The notes under the pieces were generated by a model. The model was not told the origin of the DNA. It saw only the letters and a list, made by a program, of their open reading frames with translations, and did not search any database. From Halobacteriovoraceae bacterium (GTDB lineage: Bacteria; Bdellovibrionota; Bacteriovoracia; Bacteriovoracales; Bacteriovoracaceae): 64,000 bases of DNA. The first letter of the stretch is position 1, and every line of letters starts with the position of its first letter. The stretch spans positions 220,458 to 284,457 of the forward strand of contig CAVRCF010000004.1 of the NCBI GenBank assembly GCA_963719505.1. Reading direction: 5' to 3'. This document shows, one piece after another, positions 60,283 to 64,000 of the stretch. The position numbers and the translations under genes were made by a program.

Positions 60283-60651
60283 ATGAAAAAATTATTACTG
60301 TCATTGATTTTATTAATATTAAGTTCTCAGGCATTTTCTTCGGTGGTGCTACTGTGTGCTCAAGATGATGGAGCTGCATATTTAGGCTTGAACGACCGAT
60401 CGTACTTTGAATGTACTAGTTTAAGGTTTAAAGGGGTTGATCTCGACCATAATCATTCAGGAATAGTGGTTGATCAAGAAGACTATTCTGTTTCTTTCGA
60501 AGGGGTTGGTGTCGGAGCTTTTGCTGGAATGGGTGCGCTTATGATTAATTGTCCAACTGTTAGAAGAAAAGCTTTGGGTGTTGAAAGTTTTATCAATAAG
60601 AAAGGTAAGAAGAAGAAAGGTGTACAAAAATTCGTGGGAGTGAAAGCCTGA
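60283..60651 (+). pseudogene. Secreted hypothetical protein truncated by IS3 insertion
   Basis: Signal peptide; the stop codon TGA (60649-60651) is the first three bases of the IS3 left end. Confidence 0.75.
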
Positions 60652-61882
60652 TCTTCCCCTCAAAAAACGGACACTCTTTTAACAGCACAACTTATGTGAT
60701 AGGAGTGCGTTATGAAAAAGAACAACAAAAAACAAAGACAGAATTATTCCCCTGAATTCAAGGCAAATGCTGTTGAACTGGCCGAAGAAATTGGACCAAA
60801 AGAAACCGCTCAAAAGCTAGGTATCAAAAATCTTCAAACTCTCACAACTTGGATAAAACATTCAAATAAAATGGAGCTCGACGATGAATATCGAGATATG
60901 GAGCAGCTCAAAGCAGAAGTAAAGCAACTCAAAAAAGAACTCCTAAAAGAGAAAAAAGTTACAGCAATTCTAAAGGATGCCACGGCTTTTTTTTGTCAGG
61001 ATCAGCTGAAGTGAAATTCAGAGGAATTGTTCTTTTAAAAGAAGAGGGCCATGCTTTAAAAAGCTGCTGTGAGCTCCTCAGAGTCTCTTGTTCTGGTTTT
61101 TATTATTGGAGACGAAGGTTGCCGTCAAAAAGAGCTCTGAGCGATCTTAAGCTCTCTGAAAAGGTTAAAAAGGTTTTTGACAAAAACAAAGGACGCTATG
61201 GTTCTCCAAGGATTCAAAAAGCTCTTGAGAACCAAGGTGATAAAGTCAGTAAAAATAAAGTCGCAAAACTCATGCAGCAAGGGGAATTGAGAGCAAAGGG
61301 CAAGAAGGCTTTTCGTCCAAAAACAACGATTAATAATCCTAGTGATCAAAAATCTCCTAGAGTTTACAAGATTGAAGACTACAAGGTTAAAAGAGAAAAT
61401 GAAGTTTGGGCATCTGATTTGACTTATATAAGAACTAAAGAGGGTTTTTGTTATTTAACGGTGGTGATGGATCTTTGGAATCGAGAAATCAAAGGAGTAA
61501 ATCTTTCGGATAACATGACCGCAAAAAACACTAAGGATTCCTTTTTAGCAGCTGTGAAGAATAGTTCCGGCAGACTAAATAGAACGATTTTTCATTCGGA
61601 TCAAGGAGTGCAATATTGTTCAAGAGAAGTGAGGGATAAACTGAAGTTCCTTGAGCTAACTCAATCGATGTCGAGGAAGGGAAACTGTTATGACAATGCC
61701 TTTGTAGAGAGTTTCTTTCATAGTTTAAAGACGGAGCTTGGGCATAAGGTTTTTGAAAGTTTTGAAGAAGCGAAAAAAGAAATATTTGAATATATAGATT
61801 GGTACAATAAAGAAAGATTACATTCTTCACTTGGCTATTTGAGTCCGAAGGATTATGTTAAACAAGACAATCGTCAAGCTGC
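60649..61882 (+). mobile_element. IS3-family element, copy 1 (right inverted repeat missing)
   Basis: Left IR TGATCTTCCCCTCAAAAAACGGACACTCTTTTAA, then orfA and orfB; identity to copy 2 stops at ...TCAAGCTGC, ~35 bp short of the end. Confidence 0.93.
60712..61014 (+). CDS. IS3 OrfA (HTH)
   Basis: YSPEFKANAV HTH, coiled coil, ILKDATAFF; ends over a T8 slippery run. Confidence 0.92.
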   Translation: MKKNNKKQRQNYSPEFKANAVELAEEIGPKETAQKLGIKNLQTLTTWIKHSNKMELDDEYRDMEQLKAEVKQLKKELLKEKKVTAILKDATAFFCQDQLK

Positions 61883-61973
61883 AGTAGTCACGACTTGCGT
61901 TTACAAAACGCTCTCAGTCAAAGCTAATTTTTATTGTACAGAGATCTCATCACCTGTACTTTTGTTATCGTAA
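60993..61973 (+). CDS. IS3 OrfB DDE transposase (-1 frame), extended past the lost stop
   Basis: YGSPRI, WASDLTY, FHSDQGVQY, SRKGNCYDNAFVESFF, YNKERLHSSLGYLSP. Confidence 0.93.
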   Translation: MSGSAEVKFRGIVLLKEEGHALKSCCELLRVSCSGFYYWRRRLPSKRALSDLKLSEKVKKVFDKNKGRYGSPRIQKALENQGDKVSKNKVAKLMQQGELRAKGKKAFRPKTTINNPSDQKSPRVYKIEDYKVKRENEVWASDLTYIRTKEGFCYLTVVMDLWNREIKGVNLSDNMTAKNTKDSFLAAVKNSSGRLNRTIFHSDQGVQYCSREVRDKLKFLELTQSMSRKGNCYDNAFVESFFHSLKTELGHKVFESFEEAKKEIFEYIDWYNKERLHSSLGYLSPKDYVKQDNRQAAVVTTCVYKTLSVKANFYCTEISSPVLLLS

Positions 61974-62027
61974 ACCATCTCTCCATACTTTAGAACTCCT
62001 TCGGTAAAAGTTTCATAAGGAGTTCTC
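61880..62027 (-). mobile_element. IS481-like right-end remnant
   Basis: Minus strand encodes RTPYETFTEG...ISVQ*, resembling IS481-type transposase C-termini, followed by a terminus-like TGTAAACGCAAGTCGTGACTACTGCA. Confidence 0.45.
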
Positions 62028-62735
62028 GTAACTGCTCAATATTGTGTTTAAATTTATAGGATTTAAATAGCTTGAACTAGCTTGCCCAGGTATGGAATTT
62101 CTTCTCGTTGGGAGATTCGATCTTCTAAATATCGCCAAAAACTCAAATTTATTTTTCTACAAGTTGAGGCCAAGTGAAAGCATCAAGTCCCAAGACTTCA
62201 TTCCTTTCAATGAGCGGTTTTGAAGTGAGATTTTTCTTTTTATCACTCGTTCTCGAAGGTCTCTTTCGCAAAGGTTATTATCCAGAGGAAGTTGTGGGTA
62301 TTTCAAAAATAGTAAAAGTTTATCTCTATTCTTTCTTGTTCTTCCAAGCTGTGCATCCAGTGGTTTAACTAATGTTTTTAAAGACGTGATCCTCTCAAAT
62401 TCTGATCGAATCTGTATTCTCTTAACGGTGTCAGGATTATTCCTGTACCTCTTCATGAGCTTATAAAAAGCTCTCCACTGACGAACCAATTTCTCAAGGG
62501 TTTCACTCTCTATTCTTTTGAAAACCTCACATAGCTTATATTTACGAATCTCATGCACCCAACAAAGCTGATGGTTCCTATGAAGCCCATTAAAATTTGT
62601 CCCTTCATCTGAGATTAAAAATCTTATTGGTGGTCCATTCGCTCTAGAGTTCGCATAACTAAGTGCACCAGCAGTTCTAACGATATCTTTTTGTTTTTTA
62701 GTTACATCTGAGAAAGTAGAATCTTCAAAAAAGAC
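62028..62735 (-). mobile_element. IS66-family (ISBst12-like) element, right part, cut by IS3 copy 2
   Basis: Terminus GTAACTGCTCA at 62028; transposase HQLCWVHE, LPLDNNLCERDLRERVIKRKIS and, after a frameshift near 62170, STCRK...YLEDRI...* at 62063. Confidence 0.8.
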
Positions 62736-62766
62736 TGATCTTACCCTCGTTTAACGGACACTCTTT

Positions 62767-63658
62767 TAAGCAGCTTGACGATTGTCTTGTTTAACATAAT
62801 CCTTCGGACTCAAATAGCCAAGTGAAGAATGTAGTCTTTCTTTATTGTACCAATCTATATATTCAAATATTTCTTTTTTCGCTTCTTCAAAACTTTCAAA
62901 AACCTTATGCCCAAGCTCCGTCTTTAACTATGAAAGAAACTCTCTACAAAGGCATTGTCATAACAGTTTCCCTTCCTCGACATCGATTGAGTTAGCTCAT
63001 GGAACTTCAGTTTATCCCTCACTTCTCTTGAACAATATTGCACTCCTTGATCCGAATGAAAAATCGTTCTATTTAGTCTGCCGGAACTATTCTTTACAGC
63101 TGCTAAAAAGGAATCCTTAAGGTTTTTTGCGGTCATGTTATCCGAAAGATTTACTCCTTTGATTTCTCGATTCCAAAGATCCATCACCACCGTTAAATAA
63201 CAAAAACCCTCTTTAGTTCTTATATAAGTCAAATCAGATGCCCAAACTTCATTTTCTCTTTTAACCTTGTAGTCTTCAATCTTGTAAACTCTAGGAGATT
63301 TTTGATCACTAGGATTATTAATCGTTGTTTTTGGACGAAAAGCCTTCTTGCCCTTTGCTCTCAATTCCCCTTGCTGCATGAGTTTTGCGACTTTATTTTT
63401 ACTGACTTTATCACCTTGGTTCTCAAGAGCTTTTTGAATCCTTGGAGAACCATAGCGTCCTTTGTTTTTGTCAAAAACCTTTTTAACCTTTTCAGAGAGC
63501 TTAAGATCGCTCAGAGCTCTTTTTGACGGCAACCTTCGTCTCCAATAATAAAAACCAGAACAAGAGACTCTGAGGAGCTCACAGCAGCTTTTTAAAGCAT
63601 GGCCCTCTTCTTTTAAAAGAACAATTCCTCTGAATTTCACTTCAGCTGATCCTGACAA
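62767..63658 (-). pseudogene. IS3 OrfB with a 1-nt deletion near 62925
   Basis: CATAGTTAAAG versus CATAGTTTAAAG in copy 1 gives a premature stop after FFHS. Confidence 0.85.
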
Positions 63659-63939
63659 AAAAATGCCGTGGCATCCTTTAGAATTGCTGTAACTTTTTTC
63701 TCTTTTAGGAGTTCTTTTTTGAGTTGCTTTACTTCTGCTTTGAGCTGCTCCATATCTCGATATTCATCGTCGAGCTCCATTTTATTTGAATGTTTTATCC
63801 AAGTTGTGAGAGTTTGAAGATTTTTGATACCTAGCTTTTGAGCGGTTTCTTTTGGTCCAATTTCTTCGGCCAGTTCAACAGCATTTGCCTTGAATTCAGG
63901 GGAATAATTCTGTCTTTGTTTTTTGTTGTTCTTTTTCAT
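63637..63939 (-). CDS. IS3 OrfA
   Basis: Protein identical to 60712-61014. Confidence 0.92.
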   Translation of the reverse strand: MKKNNKKQRQNYSPEFKANAVELAEEIGPKETAQKLGIKNLQTLTTWIKHSNKMELDDEYRDMEQLKAEVKQLKKELLKEKKVTAILKDATAFFCQDQLK

Positions 63940-64000
63940 AACGCACTCCTATCACATAAGTTGTGCTGTTAAAAGAGTGTCCGTTTTTTGAGGGGAAGAT

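Larger units (their letters stand above)
62736..64000 (-). mobile_element. IS3-family element, copy 2 (inverted; window ends 2 nt before its left terminus)
   Basis: Right IR TGATCTTACCCTCGTTTAACGGACACTCTTTTAA at 62736; nearly identical to copy 1. Confidence 0.95.

Noticed and set aside
59300-60650. Integron cassette array interpretation
   Set aside because: No integrase in the window, and the intergenic hairpins lack RYYYAAC/GTTRRRY attC ends.
61883-61973. Novel C-terminal extension of IS3 OrfB
   Set aside because: Simple read-through after loss of the stop codon and right IR; copy 2 shows the true end.
1-64000. Short ORF-track entries antisense to or nested in long genes (e.g. 19-252, 2800-3024, 22019-22330, 25551-25892, 61125-61349)
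   Set aside because: They are shadows of well-supported genes, with no RBS or recognisable motifs.
1-64000. tRNA, rRNA, prophage or anti-phage defence genes
   Set aside because: No cloverleaf, rRNA-like stretch, phage structural motif or recognisable defence domain was seen by eye; orphan proteins remain untested.

Overview
AT-rich bacterial chromosomal window. Gene content (many orphan secreted Cys-rich proteins, sigma28/sigma54 motifs, large S8 and papain-like proteases) suggests a predatory Bdellovibrionota such as Bacteriovoracaceae/Halobacteriovorax; this assignment is inference. About 1-51 kb is mostly housekeeping and accessory genes: a TPP II-like S8 lipoprotein, add, a TatT-DctPQM TRAP transporter, lysC/asd, tcdA/tatD, sucA-sucB-lpdA (sucA and sucB heavily frameshifted, probably consensus errors), an acyl-CoA dehydrogenase, srkA, speA and a U32 pair. 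About 51.5-64 kb is a variable region of secreted orphan proteins ending in a nested stack of IS elements (two inverted IS3 copies enclosing IS481-like and IS66-like remnants). Main hunt results: a TPP riboswitch built into the last codons of srkA, whose conserved UGAGA supplies the stop codon; a conserved ~25-45 bp leader motif in front of three unrelated small secreted-protein genes; three sigma28-like promoters positioned to give leaderless mRNAs; two small ORFs below the track's length cutoff (a 33-aa very basic peptide and a 52-aa lipoprotein); a hairpin covering the speA start codon; and a COG4337/iota-carbonic-anhydrase-like protein with QDSS in place of HHSS. No rRNA, tRNA or CRISPR array was seen.
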